A stretch of DNA of 64,000 nt from Candidatus Falkowbacteria bacterium (GTDB lineage Bacteria; Patescibacteriota; Patescibacteriia; Patescibacteriales; GWE2-39-37): the NCBI GenBank assembly GCA_013336275.1, contig JAAXUA010000001.1:142167-206166 (forward strand), given 5' to 3'. The notes beneath the pieces were generated by a model. It did not search any database. It saw only the letters and a program-made list of their open reading frames with translations, and was not told the origin of the DNA. Each line of letters opens with the position of its first letter. Within the stretch, counting starts at the first letter, position 1. The translations under genes and the position numbers were made by a program. Shown here piece after piece: positions 28,565 through 37,352 of the stretch.

Positions 28565-30019
28565 TTACTCTTCAGCCCAAGAGATTGAGGTGTATTCGCC
28601 TGTCGTGGGAAATGATGGCGGAGGTGAGAAAGTTGCCAGAGGATCGTAGATCGAGGTCGTGCTGGCATAGCCGTCAGTAACCTGTCCTGAGCCATTGACC
28701 CAGGTCCAGGTCCAGGTCTGGTTGGTTAAAATGCCGCCGTAGACTTCGATATTGTTGCGCACCCCGGCCGGATTGTACATGTTTCTGAAGACTCTTCCGT
28801 ATTGGGCTAATAAAAATCCATCAATGGTCAAATCGGTAGGTGCGTGTTTGGGGATTTTGACGTCCTTTTGAGCGATCAGACCGAGGATGTGGTTGCCATC
28901 ACGGGCAAAATAGGTGGTGTTGCTGTTTATTATGATGCTGCGGCGCTTGTTAACCTGGTCGGGCAAGGTCGCGGCCACCAATGTGACCCGACCGTTGACC
29001 GTACCTTCGACATAGGCGTCGCCATCCTCGATGAAGATTATGCCGTTAGCGGGGATGGCATAATCAGTGGCAGCGCCTTCAGTCTTGATACTCTCGGCGG
29101 TATTGACCCAGGAGCTCCAAGAATCATTGAGCTGCTGGATACCATTGTTCAGGGCACTTATCAGCTTGGCATCAAAGTGGCCGTTGCTTTTGAAGATGAT
29201 GTGATAGCCTTTGTTTGAGCCGTTAACTTTGAGATGGACTCCATCGTCTTCGGCCAAATCTAAGAGGTCGCCAAGATCGGCGGTGATGCTATTGAAGTCG
29301 ACGGTCGTGACAGGGTAGGTCCACAGGCTAGAGCCTGAACCGGCGCCCCAGATTCCCGGGCAGGTACACTTGGTGACGGCATTCCAGGTGCAGGGCGCGT
29401 TGCAGGTGGCCTGAGTATCGCAACCTTGTCCGGAAGGGCAGGTATAGGTCTGTCGTGCGGAGGTAATCAGGGCATCATTGGTGCCATCCATCCTGACTCC
29501 TCCGTTGGCATGCATCTCTCCGACCACGCTTTCAGAAGGGCCGAACCAGGTATCAGAGTTGGTTAAAAACGAAAACTTGGCCAGTGACGGTATGCCATAA
29601 CGGACATCGATCGTACGTTTTATATTAGGGTTAGAATTGACCCAGCCAGTCGAACGGATATTCACGATCGTCGAACCGGTCGGTGGCGGAGTGATTTCCA
29701 GGACATAGGTGCCAGTCATGGCGTTGCCTGGCGAATTGAAAGTGTGGGTATACGGGCCGTAGGGCGTGCCGCCGCCTCCGGGATCGCTGCCAGTGCCGTC
29801 CATAAAATCATTTTGGGCGTGCGCCAGGTGCCAGCGGTAGTAGTTGACGCCTGCCTCAGCCACGTGCAATGCCGTATGTCGAGCCACTTGCTGGCTGTTC
29901 AGCTTTTTTTGCAGCAGGGCGATTCCGGTCAAGGCTCCGGCCATGACTATGAATATCGTGGTCATGGCCATGACGGTGACCAGGACCATACCTTGTTCTG
30001 ACTGGATTTTTGGTCTCAT
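28565..30019 (-). CDS. PilX-N-like minor-pilin/pilus-tip candidate with Cys-rich globular domain
   Basis: 484 aa. Hydrophobic N-terminus MVLVTVMAMTTIFIVMAGALTGIALL, typical of PilX N-terminal domains. Cys cluster TYTCPSGQGCDTQATCNAPCTWNAVTKCTCPG. Confidence 0.55.
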   Translation of the reverse strand: MRPKIQSEQGMVLVTVMAMTTIFIVMAGALTGIALLQKKLNSQQVARHTALHVAEAGVNYYRWHLAHAQNDFMDGTGSDPGGGGTPYGPYTHTFNSPGNAMTGTYVLEITPPPTGSTIVNIRSTGWVNSNPNIKRTIDVRYGIPSLAKFSFLTNSDTWFGPSESVVGEMHANGGVRMDGTNDALITSARQTYTCPSGQGCDTQATCNAPCTWNAVTKCTCPGIWGAGSGSSLWTYPVTTVDFNSITADLGDLLDLAEDDGVHLKVNGSNKGYHIIFKSNGHFDAKLISALNNGIQQLNDSWSSWVNTAESIKTEGAATDYAIPANGIIFIEDGDAYVEGTVNGRVTLVAATLPDQVNKRRSIIINSNTTYFARDGNHILGLIAQKDVKIPKHAPTDLTIDGFLLAQYGRVFRNMYNPAGVRNNIEVYGGILTNQTWTWTWVNGSGQVTDGYASTTSIYDPLATFSPPPSFPTTGEYTSISWAEE

Positions 30020-30020
30020 G

Positions 30021-30629
30021 CTATAGGTTATCTTTTAGATTGCGGATTTGGATGTCCGCACTGTAGAAATAATCAGCTGGAGCCCGCTCCGGGGTTACAT
30101 TTATTTTTAACGTAGTACGGATGAGCCGGATCTTAGTTTTGTTCGCTGTCGGGTTGACTATCTGGGCGTTATTCGTATCGAAATAGCTGAAAATCGACAT
30201 CGACTGATTGTTTAAGTAGATGGCGAAAGTCGAAATCTTCTCGTCGGCCGGATTATAGACCAAGGGGGTCCCGGTCGGAGCGATAGAACCTTTTTTCAAG
30301 TTGATACCATCTGCAAAGTAGCGAATCTTTTCAGTCAGGCCATCATCGTCGGTGTCGGCATAAAAAACAATCGTGCCAGTAGCGACGGTTTCAAAAAGAT
30401 AGTCGCCAGTTGCCCCATTGGCGGCGCGGCGCAACTCTTCGACCATGACTCCGGCGGCGCGGCGCGCATTTGAAATGGCGTCTTCCTGTTCGTAGCCGAA
30501 GACGTTGCTTTGCAAGCCGCGGATGATGAATTCAGAAGCGGCAATCATAAAAACCATGAAAATGCTGATGGAAATCATCAGTTCGACAATCGTCAATCCA
30601 CGGTTGTTTTTGTAATCGAGACGTATCAT
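30021..30629 (-). CDS. Prepilin-type N-terminal cleavage/methylation domain protein (pseudopilin)
   Basis: 202 aa. Class III signal ...NNRG|LTIVELMISISIFMVF. Confidence 0.8.
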   Translation of the reverse strand: MIRLDYKNNRGLTIVELMISISIFMVFMIAASEFIIRGLQSNVFGYEQEDAISNARRAAGVMVEELRRAANGATGDYLFETVATGTIVFYADTDDDGLTEKIRYFADGINLKKGSIAPTGTPLVYNPADEKISTFAIYLNNQSMSIFSYFDTNNAQIVNPTANKTKIRLIRTTLKINVTPERAPADYFYSADIQIRNLKDNL

Positions 30630-32839
30630 GGTCCGGTAAGGTAAATGTTCACATCGAGTGTGGTATTTGGCGAGAGGCTGATCGGACTAGCCGGCTGAGT
30701 TAAGATGATCGCGTAGGTAGTCGAGGGTCCGATGGCGAGGGTGTAGTTATCCCATTCGATGCTGCCAGTGTCTATCAAGCCGTTGGCATCGGAAACGAAG
30801 TTGCGGGAGTATTTATAGATAATGGGGTTTTCGCCGATTCTTTTGGCTCCGGTGACCAATATTGGAATGTTTGCCAGAGTCGAAGAGGCGCCCCAGGCAT
30901 CAAAGCTGGTGGCAAAGATGTCGAAATTGCCATCGCGGTCGTCTTGCCAGACAGCATACGGTTTGCCGTCGGCGACATTGTAGGCGATGCGGGGGTTGAA
31001 TTGGGCCGAGCTTCCGGGATTGATATTGACGCGAACATCAGGCGACCACAAGGCAGTCCCGCTGGCTAGAAGCTTCTGAGCGTAAATGTCTTGGTTGCCG
31101 TTGCGCTCGTCTCCCCAGGCGATGTAGATGACATCGGCGCCGATGGCGACGCTGGGGCTGTATTGGGCGGAGGTGCCGCCATCAGTATTGACCAGCAGAT
31201 CACTTGCCCAGAGTTTGGTTCCGGTAGCGCTGACCCTTTGCGCATAGACATCGAGGTTGCTGTTGCGCTCATCGGTCCAAGAGACATAAAAGGTGCTTGA
31301 GCTGACGGCGACGCTCGGGGCATATTGGTTGGTCGAGCCGCCGTCGGAGTTTATCAGAAGGTCGGCTCCCCAAAGCTTGGTGCCGGCTGGGTCATATTTC
31401 TGCGCGTAAATATCCTGATTGGCGTTGCGGTCATCGGCCCAGAAAACGAAGATATCATTCGAGTTGTCATCGCTGGAAATCGGGGTGGTCTGGTTGGTGC
31501 CGCCGCTTACGGTCGTGCTATCGATGCGTATTTCCGGATCCCAGAGCGCATCGTGGGTAACTGCATCCAATGCTTGCATAAAGATATCGGCATCGCCGTT
31601 GCGGTCGTCCTGCCAAGTGACATAGACTCTGGAATAGTCGTTGCTAAGGTCGATTTTGCATTTCATTTGATCCTTGTTATCGGCATCTGTCTGCACCTGC
31701 TTTGAGCCGCTCCAAAGGTCGGACCCGTCGTTGGAAGCGCGTTTGACCAAGAAGACGTCCTGGTTGCCGTTGGAATCATCATTCCAGCAGATGTAAAGAT
31801 GGCCGGAATTATCGACAGCGATTTCTGGAAGGATCTGGTTGTTGGCGGGGCTGATTACAACATCGTCGCTCCATTGCTTCTGCCCGTTATTGTCGTATTT
31901 TTGAGCATAAATTTTGCCGGCAGAACCCTGACGGAAATCTTGCCAAACCATATAGATGAAGCCGTTCGGATCAATGGCCATGTGCGGATTGGTCTGATTT
32001 TCATCGCCGGAGTCGGTGTTGACGCGCCAATTAGTCTGCATCGGCTGGCGTACCGTATGCAGATGCAGGGTGCTTAATTGATCGATGGACAATGTAATTG
32101 TGGTTTTCTGGTCGACAAAAACGCTTTGATTCACAAGAGTCGGATTAGGGTTGGCGGCCGTGCGTGCGGTCGTGGAACTGAGGCTATAGTTTGCTTTGGT
32201 GGCGATGACCTCGTAGTTCTCGATTGATGGTTTGGCGCCATAAAGCAGGAGCATACCGTTGGAGTCTGTTTGGGCGGTAAAATTTACTGGCGGCGTAGTA
32301 CTGGCGTTCTTAACCGTGACATCAGCATCGCTGACCGGCTGGCCGTTGGCGTTTATCACCTCAACCTCCAGCGTGCCACCGCCGACGCTGGTCTCAATCG
32401 CTTTCGGCGCGATCTTAGTGAAGGTTTCGACCCGCTTGTAGCCGAAAGGGCCGTTGTATTGGACGCGGATGCGTATTTCTTTATAGTCAGTGGGCAGGGT
32501 GTCGGCCGGTTGGAGTCCGTCGAACGGGTCATCGCGGTAAAGTACTAGCGTGTTGACATAAAACGTACCGTTACTGGTGCTGGCCGTCTCGTTGTCTGGT
32601 ACGACTCCCGTGACTATGCCCGCCAGGGTGCCGACATCGGTGTAGGGAAGATTGCGGATCTGCTCCAGTTTCTGGTCGGCTAGGGAAATCGAGATCATCC
32701 GGAGCTTGTTGTCCTGAGATATTTTCAATGCCTGAAGGATCAGGTCGTAGACGCTTATGGTTATGACGGTCAAAACGGCTAAGGAGATGACGGTCTCGAT
32801 AATCGTGAATCCTGATTGTTTCTTGAAATCTAATCTCAT
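30626..32839 (-). CDS. Giant pseudopilin: prepilin-type N-terminus plus beta-sandwich plus seven propeller-like repeats
   Basis: 737 aa. Signal KKQSG|FTIIETVISLAVL. CarboxypepD_reg-like GGGTLEVEVINANGQPVSDADVTVKN...TDSNGMLLLYG. Seven repeats of W-x-D-[DE]-R-N-x-N-x-D-[IV]-[YF]-A-Q...G...LW. Confidence 0.8.
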   Translation of the reverse strand: MRLDFKKQSGFTIIETVISLAVLTVITISVYDLILQALKISQDNKLRMISISLADQKLEQIRNLPYTDVGTLAGIVTGVVPDNETASTSNGTFYVNTLVLYRDDPFDGLQPADTLPTDYKEIRIRVQYNGPFGYKRVETFTKIAPKAIETSVGGGTLEVEVINANGQPVSDADVTVKNASTTPPVNFTAQTDSNGMLLLYGAKPSIENYEVIATKANYSLSSTTARTAANPNPTLVNQSVFVDQKTTITLSIDQLSTLHLHTVRQPMQTNWRVNTDSGDENQTNPHMAIDPNGFIYMVWQDFRQGSAGKIYAQKYDNNGQKQWSDDVVISPANNQILPEIAVDNSGHLYICWNDDSNGNQDVFLVKRASNDGSDLWSGSKQVQTDADNKDQMKCKIDLSNDYSRVYVTWQDDRNGDADIFMQALDAVTHDALWDPEIRIDSTTVSGGTNQTTPISSDDNSNDIFVFWADDRNANQDIYAQKYDPAGTKLWGADLLINSDGGSTNQYAPSVAVSSSTFYVSWTDERNSNLDVYAQRVSATGTKLWASDLLVNTDGGTSAQYSPSVAIGADVIYIAWGDERNGNQDIYAQKLLASGTALWSPDVRVNINPGSSAQFNPRIAYNVADGKPYAVWQDDRDGNFDIFATSFDAWGASSTLANIPILVTGAKRIGENPIIYKYSRNFVSDANGLIDTGSIEWDNYTLAIGPSTTYAIILTQPASPISLSPNTTLDVNIYLTGP
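30890..31993 (-). repeat. Seven tandem ~50-55-aa coding repeats (aa ~283-650 of the 737-aa pseudopilin)
   Basis: Repeats: WQDFRQGSAGKIYAQKY / WNDDSNGNQDVFLVK / WQDDRNGDADIFMQAL / WADDRNANQDIYAQKY / WTDERNSNLDVYAQRV / WGDERNGNQDIYAQKL / WQDDRDGNFDIFATSF. Copies are diverged at the DNA level. Confidence 0.8.
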
Positions 32840-32841
32840 AT

Positions 32842-33981
32842 TTATACAGAAGTTGTAATCGAATACATCGGCATGACGATGGCGACGGCCATGACACCGA
32901 CAGCTGAGCCCAGAACCAGGATCAAGACAGGCTCAATGATCGAGGGCAGGCTTTCCATAATCGTGTCGACCTCTTCTTCATAAAACTCGGCTAATTCCTG
33001 CAAAATGCTGTCCAGTTCGCCGGTCTGCTCGCCGATAGCGATCATTTGGGTGACGATCGGTGGAAAAAGTTTGGGGTAGGTGGCGACCACCTCGTTGATC
33101 GGAGTACCTTTTTTAATCTTATCGCCGATATCGTTAATGGCCGCCCGATAGTGGATATTGCCCAAGACATTAGCCGTGATCTGGAATGATTTTATGATCA
33201 TGATGTCAGTTTTCAGAAGCGAGCTGACAGTACGGGCGAACTTGGCGAGGTTGACCTTCTTGATGATCTTGCCAAAAATCGGCATCTTTATCATCAGGAG
33301 GTCGAAGTAGTAGCGGCCGGTCGTGGTCTTGTATATGCGGATGAATACATAGATAGCGGCGACGATCAGGATTAAAGCCAGGGTGGTGTTTTTGGCCAGG
33401 AAGTCGCTGACGCCGATAATGATCTTGGTGGCCAGCGGCAGCTCGGTGTTGAAATCCTTAAGCATGGAAGTGATCTGAGGAACGACCACGAGCATCATGA
33501 AGATGCCGATGCCGCCCATGGCAAAAAGGACGACTGCCGGGTAAGTCAAGGCACCCTTGATCTTGGAAATAAGCTCGTGGTGCTTCTTCATCTGGATATA
33601 TAGCTGGTCCAGCACGTTTTCGAGCTTGCCGGAGACTTCGCCGGCCTCTACCATGTTGATAAAGAGCTCGCCGAAGACATCGGGGTTGAGCTTGAGCGCC
33701 TCGGTGAAGCTTTTGCCTTTCTCGACTGCTTTTGAAGTATCGGTGATGACTTGGATGAAGTGCTTGTTGACGCTTTGCTTGCACAGGGTCTGAAGTGCGG
33801 ACAGCAACGGTACGCCCGCCTTAAGCATGACGCAAAGATTCCTGACGAAAAAAAGCTTTTCGTCAGCCGGAATAGGCGACATCTTGATCAGCGCATTGTT
33901 GATCTTGGCGATCAGCGACTGCGCTACCGGTTGTTCCGCCGCTTGCGGAGCGATAATGTCTGATTTGAGGTTTACGACCAT
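32842..33981 (-). CDS. pilC: Type IV pilus platform protein PilC (T2SS-F family)
   Basis: 379 aa. Duplicated T2SSF pattern (GELFINMVEAGEVSG / VTQMIAIGEQTGELD) and TM helices. Confidence 0.85.
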   Translation of the reverse strand: MVVNLKSDIIAPQAAEQPVAQSLIAKINNALIKMSPIPADEKLFFVRNLCVMLKAGVPLLSALQTLCKQSVNKHFIQVITDTSKAVEKGKSFTEALKLNPDVFGELFINMVEAGEVSGKLENVLDQLYIQMKKHHELISKIKGALTYPAVVLFAMGGIGIFMMLVVVPQITSMLKDFNTELPLATKIIIGVSDFLAKNTTLALILIVAAIYVFIRIYKTTTGRYYFDLLMIKMPIFGKIIKKVNLAKFARTVSSLLKTDIMIIKSFQITANVLGNIHYRAAINDIGDKIKKGTPINEVVATYPKLFPPIVTQMIAIGEQTGELDSILQELAEFYEEEVDTIMESLPSIIEPVLILVLGSAVGVMAVAIVMPMYSITTSV

Positions 33982-34000
33982 AAGACCTGTCTTATGCTAA

Positions 34001-35737
34001 CTATTCTTTGGTTACGCGCATTATTTCTTCTATGGTGGTGATGCCATTCTTGGCTTTGATGAAACCGTCCTCGATGATGGTGATCATCTTCTGATCGATC
34101 GCCTCCTGCTTGATTTCGACCTCGGATGCTTTCTTGAGAATCAAGTTGGATATCGGAGGCGTGATGTCCAAGACTTCATAAATGCCCATGCGTCCTTTAT
34201 AGCCGGTGTCGTTGCATTGCTTGCAGCCCTTGCCGCGGTAAAAAAGCAGCGATTCAAGGCCTTTGTTCGAGGTGATTATCTTTTCTCGGATCATCGTCTT
34301 GATTATCGCGTCCATATCGAAATGCTTGCGCATATCTTCCACGGTTTTCTTGTCGAGACTGAAGCTCTGTATGCAGTTGGGGCAGATCTTGCGGACCAAG
34401 CGCTGAGCGATGATGACGTTGGCGGTGGTGGCCAAAAGAAAGGATGGCACGCCCATGTCGGAAAGGCGGGGCAGGGTATTGATGGCGTCGTTGGTATGCA
34501 GAGTGGAAAGCACGAGATGACCGGTCATGGCGGCGTGGATGGCGATTTCGGCCGTCTCCTCGTCGCGGATTTCGCCGACCATGATGATGTTCGGATCCTG
34601 GCGCAAGAAAGCGCGCAAGCCGGCGGCGAAGGTGAAGCCGATCTTGGAATTCACTTGCGACTGGTTGACGTGCGGCATGCGGTATTCGATCGGGTCTTCG
34701 ATAGTTGAAATATTGACCTCAGGGGTATTGAGGATGTTGAGCACTGTGTACAGTGTTGTGGATTTGCCTGATCCGGTCGGACCGGTGACTAGGATCAAAC
34801 CGTGCGGCTTGTCGATATTGCGCTTGATAGCCTCGAGGGCGGAGGCTTGGAAACCGAGCTGTTCCAGTGTCAGGACCTGGGCTTTTTCGCGCAAAAGGCG
34901 CATAACGATCTTTTCGCCGTCGAAAGTCGGAAGTATCGAGACGCGGAAAGAGACCTTGTATTCCTTATTGCTGATTTTGAAGCGTCCGTCCTGGGGCAGG
35001 CGGTGTTCGTCGACCTTAAGGTTGGCCAATATCTTAATGCGGGCGGTGATGCCGGATTGGATATTCTTGGGCAGGGTCATGACATGGCGCAAGATGCCGT
35101 CGATGCGGTAACGGACGTTGACCTCACGTTCTTCAGGCTCGATGTGGATATCGCTGGCATCTTCGAAGATGGCATATTCGAGCAGAGTATCGACGACGCG
35201 GACAACCGGAAGATTGGTAGCCAGCTTCTTCAAGTCTTCGTCCGATCCGGTGCCCTCGGACATCGGGGCGTCTTCAAGGCTGTCGAATTCGGCTTTAAGG
35301 CTCTTGTGATACTGCTTGATGCCATATTGGATGCCTTCGGGGGTGGTGAGGTGGACTCGCGGCTCAAGGCCAGTCTTCTTCTTGATAAACTCAAAGATTT
35401 CAAGGTCGGCCGGGTCGAGCGTTGCCAGGAAGATTTCCTTGGCGTTGCTGTCGAAGGCGATCAGCTCGTGGGTCGAGGCGATCGCTTCAGGCACCGTTAA
35501 AAGGACGTCCTTGCGGATATTCTGCTCCTTGAGGTTTATGAAAGGCAGATCGTGGAAGCTGGCAGCCTTTTCGTAAAGGGCGTTGGTGCTGATTATTTTC
35601 TTTTCCGCCAGATAGTCTTCGAGATTTTTGCCGATATCCTGGGCTTCTTTGGCTATTTTGTCGAAATTTTCCTTCGGCAGTATGTTGGCCGAGGCCAGGA
35701 TTTCCTTTATTTGTTCGGCTTGAAGCATGGGGTTCAA
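34001..35737 (-). CDS. pilB: Type IV pilus assembly ATPase PilB (GspE family)
   Basis: 578 aa. Walker A GPTGSGKSTT, MVGEIRDEETA, His box LSTLHTND, tetracysteine CPNC...CKQC. Confidence 0.9.
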   Translation of the reverse strand: MNPMLQAEQIKEILASANILPKENFDKIAKEAQDIGKNLEDYLAEKKIISTNALYEKAASFHDLPFINLKEQNIRKDVLLTVPEAIASTHELIAFDSNAKEIFLATLDPADLEIFEFIKKKTGLEPRVHLTTPEGIQYGIKQYHKSLKAEFDSLEDAPMSEGTGSDEDLKKLATNLPVVRVVDTLLEYAIFEDASDIHIEPEEREVNVRYRIDGILRHVMTLPKNIQSGITARIKILANLKVDEHRLPQDGRFKISNKEYKVSFRVSILPTFDGEKIVMRLLREKAQVLTLEQLGFQASALEAIKRNIDKPHGLILVTGPTGSGKSTTLYTVLNILNTPEVNISTIEDPIEYRMPHVNQSQVNSKIGFTFAAGLRAFLRQDPNIIMVGEIRDEETAEIAIHAAMTGHLVLSTLHTNDAINTLPRLSDMGVPSFLLATTANVIIAQRLVRKICPNCIQSFSLDKKTVEDMRKHFDMDAIIKTMIREKIITSNKGLESLLFYRGKGCKQCNDTGYKGRMGIYEVLDITPPISNLILKKASEVEIKQEAIDQKMITIIEDGFIKAKNGITTIEEIMRVTKE

Positions 35738-35862
35738 GAGTTGTTAATAAGATGTGTTTTATTATACCATGAATTGTTATTACACCCAAATAGTGTCATG
35801 ACATTTTTAAATATCCAGGGATATTTATTTTTTTTGTTGTTCGTGCTATTTTATATTATAGA

Positions 35863-36282
35863 ATGAGCATGAAAATCGATTGGCATTTGGTGCGGCAATC
35901 TCCGCAAGAAGCAAAAAACAAGATAACAGCCATAGCAAAATCGCTTTGGAGTTTTTTTTATATCAGAGTCTACTTGGTACTGATTGTCATTTTGAATATC
36001 CTTAACTGGTCGATCACGACGTTTCTGCAGTACCGGGTCAAGCTTGACCAGGTGGTCCTGCATTATAACGTCGATTTCGGCGTCGATCTTTACGGTGAGA
36101 CCTCAAGACTCTTCATTATTCCGCTGATCGGCTTGCTCGTGCTTTTTGTCAACCTTTCTGTGGTCGCCAACACCGACCGTCAAAGCCGGTTCATCAGCCA
36201 CTGCCTATTGGCCACCGCCGCCGCGACTAACTTCCTGCTGTTAGTCGCGCAGCTAGCATTATATTTCTATAATTTAAGATAA
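35863..36282 (+). CDS. Hypothetical polytopic membrane protein
   Basis: 139 aa with 3-4 hydrophobic helices. Immediately upstream of mraY. Confidence 0.5.
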   Translation: MSMKIDWHLVRQSPQEAKNKITAIAKSLWSFFYIRVYLVLIVILNILNWSITTFLQYRVKLDQVVLHYNVDFGVDLYGETSRLFIIPLIGLLVLFVNLSVVANTDRQSRFISHCLLATAAATNFLLLVAQLALYFYNLR

Positions 36283-36285
36283 ACT

Positions 36286-37347
36286 ATGGAGCCGCAAAGT
36301 TTTTATTTGATCAGGATACTTTTCTTGACTGCCGTCGCCTTTCTTTTTGCCGTCGCCTGGACCCCGCTTTTGACTCACTTCTTGTTCAAGTACAAGATGG
36401 GCAAATCGATCCGCAATAGCGGCAGTACGCCGATATTCTCGAAGCTTCATGCTGCCAAGGCCGGTACTCCGACGATGGGCGGGATCTTGATCTGGGTTAC
36501 TGTCCTGATCATCGCGCTGTCGCTTTACTATCTGGCAACGCTGACGGATATCGCTTTGTTCAAAAATCTGAATTTCCTTTCGCGCAAAGAGACCTTGCTG
36601 CCGCTCGGCGCCTTGGTAGCGACGGCCTTGGTCGGCCTGTTCGATGATTGGCTCGATGTCCGGGGCAGGGGGGTTTTCGGCGGCGGCGGCCTCAAGATCT
36701 GGCACCGGCTGCTGATTTACGCCTTGATTGCCTTGGTCGGAGCCTGGTGGTTCTATTTCAAGCTTGATTGGGATACTTTCCATGTGCCGTTCTACGGCGA
36801 TGTCCAGCTCGGCTGGTCCTATCTCTTGATATTCGTCTTCGTCATCGTAGCGACTTCTTTTTCCGTCAACGAGACGGATGGACTCGATGGTCTGGCTGGC
36901 GGCGTGCTGATGACCAGCTTCGCCGCCTATGGCGTGATCGCTTTCGCGGAGCAGCGCTATGACCTGGCCACTTTCTGCGGCGTCATCGTCGGCGCCCTCC
37001 TAGCTTTCTTGTGGTTCAATATCAATCCTGCCCGTTTTTTCATGGGTGATACCGGGGCAATGAGCCTCGGCGTGACGCTGGGCGTAATCGCAATGCTGAC
37101 CAATAGCGCTTTGATCCTGCCGATAATCGGCTTCGTCTTCGTCATGGAATCGATGTCGGTCATCATCCAGATGACCTCCAAGAAGCTCCGCGGAGGCAAG
37201 AAGATATTCCTTTCCTCGCCGATCCACCACCATTTCGAAGCGCTGGGCTGGTCCGAGCCGAAGATCGTCATGCGTTTTTGGGTCATCGCCCAAGTCTCGG
37301 CCGCTATCGGCTTGGTGGTCCTGTTGCTGGACAAGAGCTTAATCTGA
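36286..37347 (+). CDS. mraY: Phospho-N-acetylmuramoyl-pentapeptide transferase
   Basis: 353 aa. Motifs KAGTPTMGG, NETDGLDGLAGG, FMGDTGAMSLG and PIHHHFE. Confidence 0.9.
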   Translation: MEPQSFYLIRILFLTAVAFLFAVAWTPLLTHFLFKYKMGKSIRNSGSTPIFSKLHAAKAGTPTMGGILIWVTVLIIALSLYYLATLTDIALFKNLNFLSRKETLLPLGALVATALVGLFDDWLDVRGRGVFGGGGLKIWHRLLIYALIALVGAWWFYFKLDWDTFHVPFYGDVQLGWSYLLIFVFVIVATSFSVNETDGLDGLAGGVLMTSFAAYGVIAFAEQRYDLATFCGVIVGALLAFLWFNINPARFFMGDTGAMSLGVTLGVIAMLTNSALILPIIGFVFVMESMSVIIQMTSKKLRGGKKIFLSSPIHHHFEALGWSEPKIVMRFWVIAQVSAAIGLVVLLLDKSLI

Positions 37348-37352
37348 AACCA

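Noticed and set aside
30890-31993. Pilin repeats considered as a diversity-generating retroelement target (VR/TR pair)
   Set aside because: The repeats are diverged at all base types, not adenine-specific. No near-identical template repeat and no reverse transcriptase gene are in the window.
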